Shown here: positions 9,308 through 18,623 of the stretch, piece by piece
Position numbering within the stretch: the stretch's first letter is position 1
Layout: every line of letters starts with the position of its first letter
Assembly (NCBI GenBank): GCA_964645315.1
Contig: CAZYBH010000003.1
Coordinates: 5,789 to 69,788 of the forward strand
DNA from: an uncultured Candidatus Saccharibacteria bacterium
GTDB taxonomy: Bacteria > Patescibacteriota > Minisyncoccia > Phycocordibacterales > PALSA-1337
Length of the DNA stretch: 64,000 bases
Direction of reading: 5' to 3'
Position numbers and translations under genes: made by a program
Notes under the pieces: generated by a model
What the model saw: only the letters and a program-made list of their open reading frames with translations
Told to the model about the DNA's origin: nothing
Database searches by the model: none

Positions 9308-9511
9308 CTACAATTTTTCACCCCATTCTGACCACTTAGGATAAAATGTACCCGCAATGAATACACTAGGCAAAATGATAATGCCACACAGTATCCAAAG
9401 TCCTAATACCAAAAGTCTTGGAATCAATTCCATTAAAAAATCGAACATCCCCTTCCAAAGCCCCCAAAGTTCTTTGAATAATTCTTCCATTGTGGCAGTA
9501 AAACCTTCCAT
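9308..9511 (-). CDS. small membrane protein
   Basis: 67-aa ORF with a hydrophobic segment; TAATAT-N6-ATG start. Confidence 0.65.
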   Translation of the reverse strand: MEGFTATMEELFKELWGLWKGMFDFLMELIPRLLVLGLWILCGIIILPSVFIAGTFYPKWSEWGEKL

Positions 9512-9642
9512 AATGGCATATTAGTACATAGTCAAGTTCAAATCAATATTGTAAAGTTTTCCAGATTTTATATACCTTACTATTATAGTATAATAGTAAT
9601 AGAGCGCCTCGAGTGCCAATTAGTAATTAATTTTATAATTAT

Positions 9643-10134
9643 ATGATTGAGGCACCAATTCCCCAAAATGAGCAAGATCGTATTTGTTCTGTTCACCAGC
9701 TTTCTATACTAGACACTCCAAACGAAAAAAGATTCGATGACCTTACAGAAAAGGCTAGGGTTAGATTCAAGGTGCCAATTTCTACAATTTCAATTATTGA
9801 TACAAATAGAGAATGGTACAAATCAATCAATGGTTTGGATCTAAAAGAAGCACCCCGCAACACTTCCTTTTGTGGTCATGCCTTAAACTCGGAGGTCATG
9901 ATGGTTGTCGAAGATACGACAAAGGACAATAGATTTTCGGACAATCCTTCAGTTATCAATCCTCCAAAAATCCGCTTCTATGCTGGCAAGTCTCTCTACA
10001 ATAGAAAAACCGGTCTAGCTGTTGGAGTTTTTTGCATCAAGGATACAAAACCCAGAAAGATGGAGCTTGCAGACATCAATGACTTTCTTGAAATTGCTAC
10101 CAAGGCAGAAGACGAATTAAATACTAGTCAATAA
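9643..10134 (+). CDS. stand-alone GAF domain protein
   Basis: ILDTPNEKRFDDLT, SFCGHAL, IRFYAG, GVFCIKDTKPR. Confidence 0.88.
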   Translation: MIEAPIPQNEQDRICSVHQLSILDTPNEKRFDDLTEKARVRFKVPISTISIIDTNREWYKSINGLDLKEAPRNTSFCGHALNSEVMMVVEDTTKDNRFSDNPSVINPPKIRFYAGKSLYNRKTGLAVGVFCIKDTKPRKMELADINDFLEIATKAEDELNTSQ

Positions 10135-10161
10135 ATTGACTTGTTGTGGTATTAGAGATAT

Positions 10162-10237
10162 TGGTGGACCTGAGCGGGCTCGAACCGCTTGCCTCCGCTT
10201 TGCAAAAGCGGCGCTCTACCAGGTGAGCTACAGGCCC
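10162..10237 (-). tRNA. tRNA-Ala (TGC)
   Basis: GGGCCTGTAGCTCACCTGGTAGAGCGCCGCTTTTGCAAAGCGG...GGTTCGAGCCCGCTCAGGTCCACCA; G3:U70 pair; encoded CCA. Confidence 0.97.
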
Positions 10238-10348
10238 AGTGCGTACATATTAACTCAAAGTATTGCTATTGTAAATGGTATTGCAAAATAATTATCTGAT
10301 ATAATTATATTGGCCGTTTATCAGTTTTAATAACTAATAATAAATACT

Positions 10349-10435
10349 ATGGCCGACGCACCAAAATGTCCGGATTGCAATCATGAACATAAGCAAGAAG
10401 ATGGTACATGTTCATGCGGTTGTACAACCAAATAA
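10349..10435 (+). CDS. 28-aa Cys/His-rich micro-protein (metal-binding candidate)
   Basis: MADAPKCPDCNHEHKQEDGTCSCGCTTK; TGnTATAAT at 10297-10305 upstream; terminator right after the stop. Confidence 0.65.
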   Translation: MADAPKCPDCNHEHKQEDGTCSCGCTTK

Positions 10436-10468
10436 ACAAAAAATCCCCTTTCGGGGATTTTTTGTTTA
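10433..10468. terminator. bidirectional intrinsic terminator
   Basis: TAAACAAAAAATCCCC-tttc-GGGGATTTTTTGTTTA. Confidence 0.8.
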
Positions 10469-10476
10469 ATCAACTA

Positions 10477-10680
10477 TTACATCTGTGGAGCTGGGGCCTT
10501 TGATTTGCCTGTAAAAAGGACAACCAAAGTAGCCAAGCCAACTACAACGTAGACGACCTGTGCACCTGTAGAACCAGCGCCGAATATATAATCGACTAGG
10601 TTCCAATTAAATGCATGTAGAAGCCAATTTAGACCTCCAACGACTAATAGAACGAATGAGACATTATGTAAAGCCTTCAT
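10477..10680 (-). CDS. DUF378-like small membrane protein
   Basis: LLVVGGLNW...NLVDYIFG...VYVVVGLA pattern. Confidence 0.8.
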   Translation of the reverse strand: MKALHNVSFVLLVVGGLNWLLHAFNWNLVDYIFGAGSTGAQVVYVVVGLATLVVLFTGKSKAPAPQM

Positions 10681-10865
10681 GTTATATTATTATTGATTAA
10701 TACTTACCTTATAATTATAGCATTTTTAGAAAGTAGAAAAGTAGTTATCCACAATAAGCTTATCGAATTTAGAACAGAAAATTATCTGTTAATAAACCAT
10801 ATTGAAAATCAAAAAAAAGAGTCTATAATATATGGTTAAGAAATCTACAGATCGAATATTAACAG

Positions 10866-13800
10866 ATGAATAAATTACGCTCAAAGAGGCTGATTTTGTC
10901 TTTATTGTTAACTTTTAATCTTTTTTGCTCGCCAGAAACCTCAAAAGCCTATCCACCATATACAGCGAGTAGTGACTTGGTAATATCTGGTCCTTATGAC
11001 ACAGCCACATCTGGAAGTGGTAACTGGGGTTCGTCTTCTGTCACACTTAGAGACTTCATCGCTATTGGTCAAAAATACAGAATAAGAAAAACGGGAACAA
11101 TCGAAAGAATTAGAATGTATACAGATAGCACTCAAGATCTGACAGGATTTTATTTGATGATTTGGAGGCAGAACGGATCAAATTATGATCTTGTCGGAAC
11201 ATCAGAAAATCTTGCTAGCAATCTATCTTCAGGTTCTTATTCAACTATTACACTCTCTAGTCCGATTACCGGCGTTCAGGAAGGTGACTTCTACGGAGGA
11301 AGGATGCAATGGACATCTCCACACAATTCCTTTTACGCAAGGACGGGTGTATCCGGAGTTACTTCTTATTTTTATAATGGACAAGCATCGACAACAAATT
11401 TTGCTTGGGAATCTAAAACTTCGACCGCCGGATCTGTGATGCCAATAGAGATATATATGTCTGCCCCACAAGCCGTCTTTATTGGTGATTCAATAATCAT
11501 GGGAGCTACTGACCATACATCTTACCTCACGACCACATTAGAAAGTTCTACATCTACGACGATAGAAGGACACCTTCATGATCTTACCGGTTATTCTTAT
11601 CAAAACATGGGTATAGGGTCACAAAAAACATCCGATATTTTGGCTAGAATTAGCAGTGATGTGGTGGCTCTCAAACCCCAAATTGTAGTAATAAATGGTG
11701 GAGTAAATGATATAGCCGGAAGTATAAGCAAATCAACTTTTATTGCAAATTGGACCAGTATTTTGGACACATTTCAATCAGATAGTAATATCAAAAAGGT
11801 TATCGTCCTTAAGATTCTCCCTTGGACAAATGGCACAAACACCCAAATGCAGACGAGAGATGATTGGAATGCATCGCTTGCAACTCTAGCCTCAAACTAT
11901 TCAAAAGCTCTAGTTGTAGATGCTGATTCATATGTCGGTCAATTTCGCGCCGGTGGTGATTCAAACAATTTGTGGGATATAAATCCGTCATACAATTCAG
12001 ATGGTGTACATTTTAATTCTAGTGGTCACCTTCAGATTGCTACTGCAATAAAAAACGCTTTGGACTCACTACCAGCAAAAGTACTTTCATTTTCTCCGAC
12101 AAATGGTCAAGCGGCAGTAGCAGTCAATTCAAATTTAGTTATAAATTTTGACAATATAGTCGATAGCCAATCAGGTAATGACAATGATATTCAGATTATT
12201 AATTCTGCAGATAATTCCGTAGTCGAAACCATAGACGCCCAATCATCTAAGGTCAGTGGCAGTGGTTCTTCTTCCATTACAATAAATCCGGATATAAATT
12301 TGAATACGGATTCTAGCTATCATATCCTGATTGGAGCAAATGCTTTCAAAGGAAGTGGGGCGGCAAATTATGCAGGCATTTCCAGTGGCTCGACTTGGTC
12401 TTTTGATACTGTAGATACGATTCGACCTGTAGTCAGTTCATATTATCCAAGCAATGCTAGTACTAGCGTCTCGATCAGTTCAAATCTATCAATCACTTTT
12501 GACAAGATAGTAACTGCAAGTTCTGGAATTAATAATGATATTACAATTAGAAAACTTTCCGATGACACAGTATTCGAAACTATCGATATACAATCGGCCA
12601 ATATAACTGGTAGTGGCACAAATACAATAACCATAAATCCTACCAGCAATTTTGATATAAATACCGCCTACTACGTCACTATTGACTCAGGAGCATTAGT
12701 TGATCAAAGTGGAAATTATTTCCTAGGTGTTAATAATAATACAACATGGTCATTTAGGACGATAAACTATGTCGGCTCTTATCAATATCGAAAATCTATT
12801 ACAATCAGCAATACAAATATAAGTTCGACTCTTACAGACTTCCCTCTTTACATAAAAATTACCAACGATTCAAATATTGGAAGTGCAGCGAGAAATGACG
12901 GCCATGACATTCTGTTCACAGATAGTTCAAATTCACCATTACCTTACGAAAGAGAATCATGGTCAGGCGGTGGTGGCTCGTCGGCAAATGGAAGTTTTTG
13001 GGTAAAAACTACTCTCAATGCGGACAACAATACATCTACCAATGATACTATATATGTATATTACGGATATTCAAACTCTACAGACAATCAAGATGTAGCA
13101 GATGGAAATAACGATGTCTGGAATTCAAATTTTGCCGGAGTTTGGCATCTTGCAGAAAGTGCGACTGATGAGCAAGTTGTCAGCAATAAACACATAGATT
13201 CAACTATCAATGCAAAATATGGAAATCAAAATGGAAATGCGCAGACGACTGGCAAAATTTCCTATGGACAAGCCTTCGACGGTGTCGATGACAATGTAAC
13301 AATGAGTTCAGCTGCATATTCAAGTCGAGATATTACAGTCACCTGGTGGTCCAAATGTGGGGTTGTAACACCGACAGCAGAAGGTTTGTTTGATATAAAC
13401 CGTGGAGCGACCGATAGGCTCTTTGGTTATCATTGGAGTATAGGCGGACAAAATGGAATTTATATTGACTACAGAGATACTAGTGCAAGTACTCACAATG
13501 TCAGGATTCTCGATAGTTCTATTACACAATCTGATTGGCATTATTTCGCCGCAATATGGAATGAAACTGCCCGAACACTTACTATTTACAAAGATGGTAT
13601 TGCCCAAAGTGCAAGCATGGTCAGTAGTCCAACCATTCCAAGTGGTACCGATACAAGGATTGGTATTGGTGCTGTAGCAAATGAAGGTAATGTTTCAATT
13701 GACGAATTTAGAATTTCTTCGACATCATTAAGTTCTGCTTGGATTAGGTTCGAATATGAAAACATGTCGAGCGCAACAAATGAACTTACATTTGGTAGTC

Positions 13801-14717
13801 AGACAGCAAATACAAGCTCAGACGATATCACCGCCCCACAAAATCCTTCATCACCAAGTTTTGGTACAGTCACATCGAGCTCCATCGAAATTATCAAACC
13901 AGACACTGTGACAGAGACCGAATCAGGTCTATACAAATGGCAAGCTCGTAGGGATAGTGCAACTCTACTTGGATACCAAGCTATAGCTTCCACTTCAATA
14001 ACAGATACAGGTTTGAGCCCAAATACTTCATATTCGTATGATGCAAATTTTATGGATCAAACATTCAATCTTGGATCCTATAGTAATCAAGTTTCAAAAT
14101 ATACTCTAGCAGACAAACCAACCGCTCTTGCAATCAGTGTATCAGGAGATAATGTCACAGTAAGTTCAAACGCGCTTCCAAATGATTCATCAGGTAGCTC
14201 AGGATATTATTTTACCCGCACTGGTGATTATAATTCTGGTTGGATACATTCAAATACTTGGACATTCAGCAATATTCCTTGCAACCAAAACATAGAATAC
14301 AAAGTAAAATTTCGAAATGCAGAAGGAGTAGAAACTGACTATTACAATACTTATAGACAAAGTAGTGAATGCCCTCGATCCGGTTCAACAAGTAGAGTTA
14401 TTATAAATAAAAATCTATTTACATTACCTCCCCAATTAGCTTCACCTAAGTCTAATACTTCATTTAGTAAACCAATTCCATTTGGTTCTAGGTCAAAGGA
14501 AGTTATTGAATTGCAAACTTTATTGGCAACAATGCCAGATATATATCCAGAAAAAATCATAAGTGGATATTACGGAAAATTGACAGAAAATGCCATAAAA
14601 AAGCTACAAATCAAATACAATGTGGTAAAATCTACTAATGATCCTGCCTATGGTTATATGGGTCCGAAAACTCGCGCATTAATTAATCAACTAATAAATA
14701 AAAATGAATCTAGATAA
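10866..14717 (+). CDS. large secreted multidomain protein (SGNH hydrolase, two Ig-like Big_5, DUF2341-like/LamG, FN3-like, peptidoglycan-binding)
   Basis: Signal peptide; GDS, GVND and DGVH SGNH blocks; repeated SPxN...NLxIxFD...TITINP Ig units; C-terminal GYYGKLTENAIKKLQ...GYMGPKTR. Confidence 0.85.
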   Translation: MNKLRSKRLILSLLLTFNLFCSPETSKAYPPYTASSDLVISGPYDTATSGSGNWGSSSVTLRDFIAIGQKYRIRKTGTIERIRMYTDSTQDLTGFYLMIWRQNGSNYDLVGTSENLASNLSSGSYSTITLSSPITGVQEGDFYGGRMQWTSPHNSFYARTGVSGVTSYFYNGQASTTNFAWESKTSTAGSVMPIEIYMSAPQAVFIGDSIIMGATDHTSYLTTTLESSTSTTIEGHLHDLTGYSYQNMGIGSQKTSDILARISSDVVALKPQIVVINGGVNDIAGSISKSTFIANWTSILDTFQSDSNIKKVIVLKILPWTNGTNTQMQTRDDWNASLATLASNYSKALVVDADSYVGQFRAGGDSNNLWDINPSYNSDGVHFNSSGHLQIATAIKNALDSLPAKVLSFSPTNGQAAVAVNSNLVINFDNIVDSQSGNDNDIQIINSADNSVVETIDAQSSKVSGSGSSSITINPDINLNTDSSYHILIGANAFKGSGAANYAGISSGSTWSFDTVDTIRPVVSSYYPSNASTSVSISSNLSITFDKIVTASSGINNDITIRKLSDDTVFETIDIQSANITGSGTNTITINPTSNFDINTAYYVTIDSGALVDQSGNYFLGVNNNTTWSFRTINYVGSYQYRKSITISNTNISSTLTDFPLYIKITNDSNIGSAARNDGHDILFTDSSNSPLPYERESWSGGGGSSANGSFWVKTTLNADNNTSTNDTIYVYYGYSNSTDNQDVADGNNDVWNSNFAGVWHLAESATDEQVVSNKHIDSTINAKYGNQNGNAQTTGKISYGQAFDGVDDNVTMSSAAYSSRDITVTWWSKCGVVTPTAEGLFDINRGATDRLFGYHWSIGGQNGIYIDYRDTSASTHNVRILDSSITQSDWHYFAAIWNETARTLTIYKDGIAQSASMVSSPTIPSGTDTRIGIGAVANEGNVSIDEFRISSTSLSSAWIRFEYENMSSATNELTFGSQTANTSSDDITAPQNPSSPSFGTVTSSSIEIIKPDTVTETESGLYKWQARRDSATLLGYQAIASTSITDTGLSPNTSYSYDANFMDQTFNLGSYSNQVSKYTLADKPTALAISVSGDNVTVSSNALPNDSSGSSGYYFTRTGDYNSGWIHSNTWTFSNIPCNQNIEYKVKFRNAEGVETDYYNTYRQSSECPRSGSTSRVIINKNLFTLPPQLASPKSNTSFSKPIPFGSRSKEVIELQTLLATMPDIYPEKIISGYYGKLTENAIKKLQIKYNVVKSTNDPAYGYMGPKTRALINQLINKNESR

Positions 14718-15387
14718 AAAAAAGTTTCTAATCAACACATCGATTATATCGATATACAATATAATATTATCAATATTCTTCTATATTCAAGCGGATGGAG
14801 AAGCTATAGCATTCTTCTTCATATTGCCTACAGTAGCATTTGTCATCTTATATGCGATAACTTATTTCAAAGAGGTAAATTTTGCAAAACAATCATATAA
14901 GACTAGTCACTTATTCAATTATTTTGCCATCTTAGCTACCATAATTATACTTCTTGGTATTTATACTGATAACAAATCTTCATCACCTGGAGGCGGTATC
15001 ATTTTATTCTTTTTTGGTGCGCTTTGGGTAATTCCAATGATAGTTGCTCTGATTTCTTATTTTATTGGTTTTTTCTCGAAAAGTAAGCAAATGAGCGAAC
15101 AAATGTCTAATGATTCTGGCTTATCCAAATCAAGAAGCTTATTTTTTGTGCTCAACATTATGATGAGCGCCTTATTTATGTTTCTTTTCGTCGGAGATAT
15201 ATACCAGTACATATCTCATAGTTATAGAACTAATATAGACTACGCCATATTCATACCTATATTTGTCTTGTTAGGAGCAAGCATTCTTACAAGAAAAAAA
15301 TCATCTGTAATATACTGGGTAACTCAGGTTCTATCTATAGTAATAATAATATACATTGTATTAAAAGCTATAGGTTTCAGATTTTAA
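14704..15387 (+). CDS. multi-pass membrane protein
   Basis: About 7 hydrophobic segments; overlaps the upstream stop. Confidence 0.7.
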   Translation: MNLDKKKFLINTSIISIYNIILSIFFYIQADGEAIAFFFILPTVAFVILYAITYFKEVNFAKQSYKTSHLFNYFAILATIIILLGIYTDNKSSSPGGGIILFFFGALWVIPMIVALISYFIGFFSKSKQMSEQMSNDSGLSKSRSLFFVLNIMMSALFMFLFVGDIYQYISHSYRTNIDYAIFIPIFVLLGASILTRKKSSVIYWVTQVLSIVIIIYIVLKAIGFRF

Positions 15388-15426
15388 AATAATCATTATT
15401 CTAATATCTAATAAAACTGTCAAAAC

Positions 15427-16404
15427 TTACCTAACCTTCTCCAACAAATGCTCGATAAAATGATGCAGATCACTACCTACAGCTCTTAGAGCTTTGGGGA
15501 ATAGTGATTCTTCGGTAAGACCTGGTAGAGTATTGACCTCCAAAGTATAAATCCCACGCCTTGGGTGGATGATAAAATCAGATCGAGAGTAATGTCTGAG
15601 TCCCATAATCTCATGAATCTTTTTTGATAATTCTTCTATTTCCCTTTTTATTTTCGAAGAAAATGTAGCCGGAACTATCTCTTTAGTTTCATTGCCATAC
15701 TTGGCATTAAAATCAAAAAACTCTGAAGCTGGTCGGATCTCGACAGGAGGCAAAGCATAGAATCTCTCACCACGGAAATGATCGATCACTCCGCAAGTCG
15801 CCTCAATACCCTTGATGTATTCTTCGACTATGACTTCATCACTGTGAGCCGAAGCATTGTACAAAGCAGGATAGAAATCGCTAAATTTCCTAACTATTGA
15901 AACGCCGACAGATGAACCGCTTGCGCTAGGTTTGACGACAGCCGGCATCACAAAAGAATTGAACAGATCTCTCAATATTGATTCTGGCTCATTTTGGATC
16001 TCTCCACTTGAAATGACTACTGCATAAGGATTTTTGATACCATGACTGTTTAGAATTTTCTTGGTCATGACTTTATTCATGCCGATAGCCGAACTTGCCG
16101 ATCCACTTCCAGTAAAAGGGATTTTGTGCCATTCAAGTAGAGACTGGATCTTACCGTCTTCACCATAAGTACCGTGTAAGGCGTTGAATACTACATCAAC
16201 AAGAGAATGCAAACCGGTGACACTGATCGGATTGCCCTCATGAGTCCAATTGCCATTTCTGTCGATAATAATATCGAAGGGTCTGTATTTGTCGGAGAGA
16301 TTTTCGTTAATCGATTTTGCCACAGCCTGACCAGTACGAAGAGAGACCTCTGCTTCTGCCGAAGGTCCGCCACGCAAAATTCCAACTCTTACTATATGAG
16401 ACAT
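15427..16404 (-). CDS. ddl: D-alanine--D-alanine ligase
   Basis: GGPSAEAEVSL, LHGTYGEDG, GSSVGV, EVNTLPGLT. Confidence 0.95.
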   Translation of the reverse strand: MSHIVRVGILRGGPSAEAEVSLRTGQAVAKSINENLSDKYRPFDIIIDRNGNWTHEGNPISVTGLHSLVDVVFNALHGTYGEDGKIQSLLEWHKIPFTGSGSASSAIGMNKVMTKKILNSHGIKNPYAVVISSGEIQNEPESILRDLFNSFVMPAVVKPSASGSSVGVSIVRKFSDFYPALYNASAHSDEVIVEEYIKGIEATCGVIDHFRGERFYALPPVEIRPASEFFDFNAKYGNETKEIVPATFSSKIKREIEELSKKIHEIMGLRHYSRSDFIIHPRRGIYTLEVNTLPGLTEESLFPKALRAVGSDLHHFIEHLLEKVR

Positions 16405-16423
16405 AAGAGTATTATAACTCTAT

Positions 16424-17653
16424 TTAGCCAAGACCAAAACTTTTATCCCTCAATTGGCGATGGTATTTGATAGAAAATCTATGCGCTTCAGCATTTATTG
16501 AGACAATATTTGATTTGAATTTTGAAATTAATTCTGGATTACCGACAAAACTATTAGCTTTGTGCCTGCTATCCTTGGTTACAGCTACTATAGGTAAATT
16601 GAATCTTCTTGCTTGCAATACTGCTTCAGCAACTTTGACATGTCTTTCATCACCATCGACTACCAAAAGATCTGGGAATGCCCATTCACTATGATTGAAT
16701 CTTCTGGTCAAAATTTCTTTCAAACCAGCCAAATCATCATTTTTGTCTAAAGAAATTTTGAATTTGCGATATTCATTTTTATTGAAAATACCATTTTCCA
16801 TGACAACCATAGTACCGACGACATCTTGCCCTGAAATGTGCGCTATATCATAAGCTTCAATCCTAAAATTTTTATTGCTATAACTTTCTTTTGATTTTTT
16901 GATAAGGGAAATATCATTGATATGATCCAAAGCATACAGAAGTTTTTTGCAAGAATTGGCCTGCTCAAATTTTTGATTTTGAGCACTCTCTTTCATTTCT
17001 TTTTTTAGTTCTGCTTTGAGCGTTGCGACTTTATTATCAAAAAATAAGATCAGATTATTGATTGTCTTATTGTACTCTGTGAGATTTTGATCTCTAGAAA
17101 TATCTGGCGCCCGACCAATAGCACTATAAAAAGCTTGGTGTCTTTCATCGACAGATTTTTGATCTCTATAGGGAAAGATTTTTCTCAAAATTTTCAAAGC
17201 TTCTTTGATAAGACCTGCATCAGTAAAAGGACCAAAGACTTTTTTTACTTTGTATGGCAGTGTTCCCAAAGAATTCATTTTGTCGTAATCTCTAACCCTA
17301 ACCAAAAAGACTCGAGGCCATTCTTCTTCGGTAATAATGACATACTGATCACTTTTATCATCTCTATCATCGACATTGTAGGTAGGTTGATAGCGCTTGA
17401 TCAGATTACTTTCAAGAACGATTGCCTCCAAAACACTTTTTGTTTCTTCCCAGGTAATGAATTTTGCCTTGGTGATCATATCGACAATTCTCGGACCCCT
17501 TGTTTCAATCAAATCATTGGCAAAATAGCTCTTAGTGCGATCTTTGAGTGACGTTGCTCGGCCAATGTAAATAGGACGCTTCCGATAATCGCGAAAGATG
17601 TACACCCCCGGACTATCGGGTATTTTTTTGTTTTTTATATATGTAAAATTCAT
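16424..17653 (-). CDS. uvrC: UvrC-like excinuclease (GIY-YIG plus RNase H-like domain, short)
   Basis: PGVYIF...IYIGRA, RIEAYDIAHISG, PDLLVVDG, AEAHRF; ends before the HhH motifs. Confidence 0.85.
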   Translation of the reverse strand: MNFTYIKNKKIPDSPGVYIFRDYRKRPIYIGRATSLKDRTKSYFANDLIETRGPRIVDMITKAKFITWEETKSVLEAIVLESNLIKRYQPTYNVDDRDDKSDQYVIITEEEWPRVFLVRVRDYDKMNSLGTLPYKVKKVFGPFTDAGLIKEALKILRKIFPYRDQKSVDERHQAFYSAIGRAPDISRDQNLTEYNKTINNLILFFDNKVATLKAELKKEMKESAQNQKFEQANSCKKLLYALDHINDISLIKKSKESYSNKNFRIEAYDIAHISGQDVVGTMVVMENGIFNKNEYRKFKISLDKNDDLAGLKEILTRRFNHSEWAFPDLLVVDGDERHVKVAEAVLQARRFNLPIVAVTKDSRHKANSFVGNPELISKFKSNIVSINAEAHRFSIKYHRQLRDKSFGLG

Positions 17654-17736
17654 TAATTTTGTCGCACTGCGTCACCGCAAGGGACAAGTATTTTATACCA
17701 GATTTTAGACGAATTGGCACTACAGTTGGTTTTGCT

Positions 17737-17767
17737 TTATTTTAAACTCTATGACACTACCGCCTTC
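17737..17767 (-). repeat. duplicate of ychF 3' end (copy C)
   Basis: Encodes EGGSVIEFKI; shares TAAACTCTATGACACTACCG exactly with copy B. Confidence 0.75.
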
Positions 17768-18168
17768 AAATACTCATCATTACTTTCCTCATCTACCGCA
17801 TCAATTGCTCGATAATCAATAGTCATTTCTTCTCCAATTTCAATATCTCTTGTAGCAACCGTGCAAATTTCAGCGTCACCTTCAGATAATTTTTCATCTT
17901 CAGCGATGTTTGGATTTGTAGAATGATTCGTGAATCTGGTGTTGTCGATAGAATAGACATATTTGCCACTCTTTTTCGAAAGATAAGCAAAATGGACTAT
18001 CAAATCCTTTTGCAAGTCCGGCATTTTTTGTACCTCACTAGAATCAAAATATAAATCGAATCGTGGATCAAATTTCCAAGTCACAGTTCCTTTCGGAATA
18101 AACTGATCTGCGAATAATCCGATACCTTCAATGTGACTTTGTCCGATCTTAGTTTTAACAATTAGCAT
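17749..18168 (-). CDS. SET domain protein
   Basis: GIGLFA, RFTNHSTNPN, DIEIGEEMTIDY. Confidence 0.9.
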   Translation of the reverse strand: MLIVKTKIGQSHIEGIGLFADQFIPKGTVTWKFDPRFDLYFDSSEVQKMPDLQKDLIVHFAYLSKKSGKYVYSIDNTRFTNHSTNPNIAEDEKLSEGDAEICTVATRDIEIGEEMTIDYRAIDAVDEESNDEYLKAVVS

Positions 18169-18192
18169 GAGATTATTATACTGGAAACTCGA

Positions 18193-18224
18193 CTAACCTT
18201 AAACTCTATGATACCACTATCTTC
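18193..18224 (-). repeat. duplicate of ychF 3' end (copy D)
   Basis: Encodes EDSGIIEFKV; AACCTTAAACTC shared with the ychF end. Confidence 0.7.
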
Positions 18225-18230
18225 TCAATA

Positions 18231-18566
18231 CTATTTCTGAAACATCTCAACCTTCTGTTGTTCCCAGACCTTTGTATTATAGATAGTCAAACTCATAGTA
18301 ACAATCAGAGGAATAAGACAGAACATCAAAGCAAACAATGAAAACATCAAACTACTCGAGCTTGCTTGCTTAATTTTTCTCCAAGAAATAATAGTCAAGA
18401 TCACACTGATCAAAAAGATTAGTACTACTCCCCAAAACACAAATCCTCGAGAATCGATACTACTAAACCCTCCACCTATAATGATTCCAAATATAAGAAT
18501 TGCATTACATGGAATTGATATAGCCGACAGTATTGATAATATTCTTGAAATTGATATTTTGTTCAT
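18231..18566 (-). CDS. small membrane protein
   Basis: Three hydrophobic segments; start refined using TATAAT-N6-ATG. Confidence 0.7.
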   Translation of the reverse strand: MNKISISRILSILSAISIPCNAILIFGIIIGGGFSSIDSRGFVFWGVVLIFLISVILTIISWRKIKQASSSSLMFSLFALMFCLIPLIVTMSLTIYNTKVWEQQKVEMFQK

Positions 18567-18623
18567 GGGTTTATTATAACCCAAAATTTCCTAAATCATA
18601 AAACCTATAGCGCCATTTTAACC

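Noticed and set aside
6790-10753. Perfect DnaA boxes TTATCCACA at 6790 and 10745 as an origin
   Set aside because: They are isolated single boxes with no cluster and no dnaA/dnaN nearby. At most they are regulatory.
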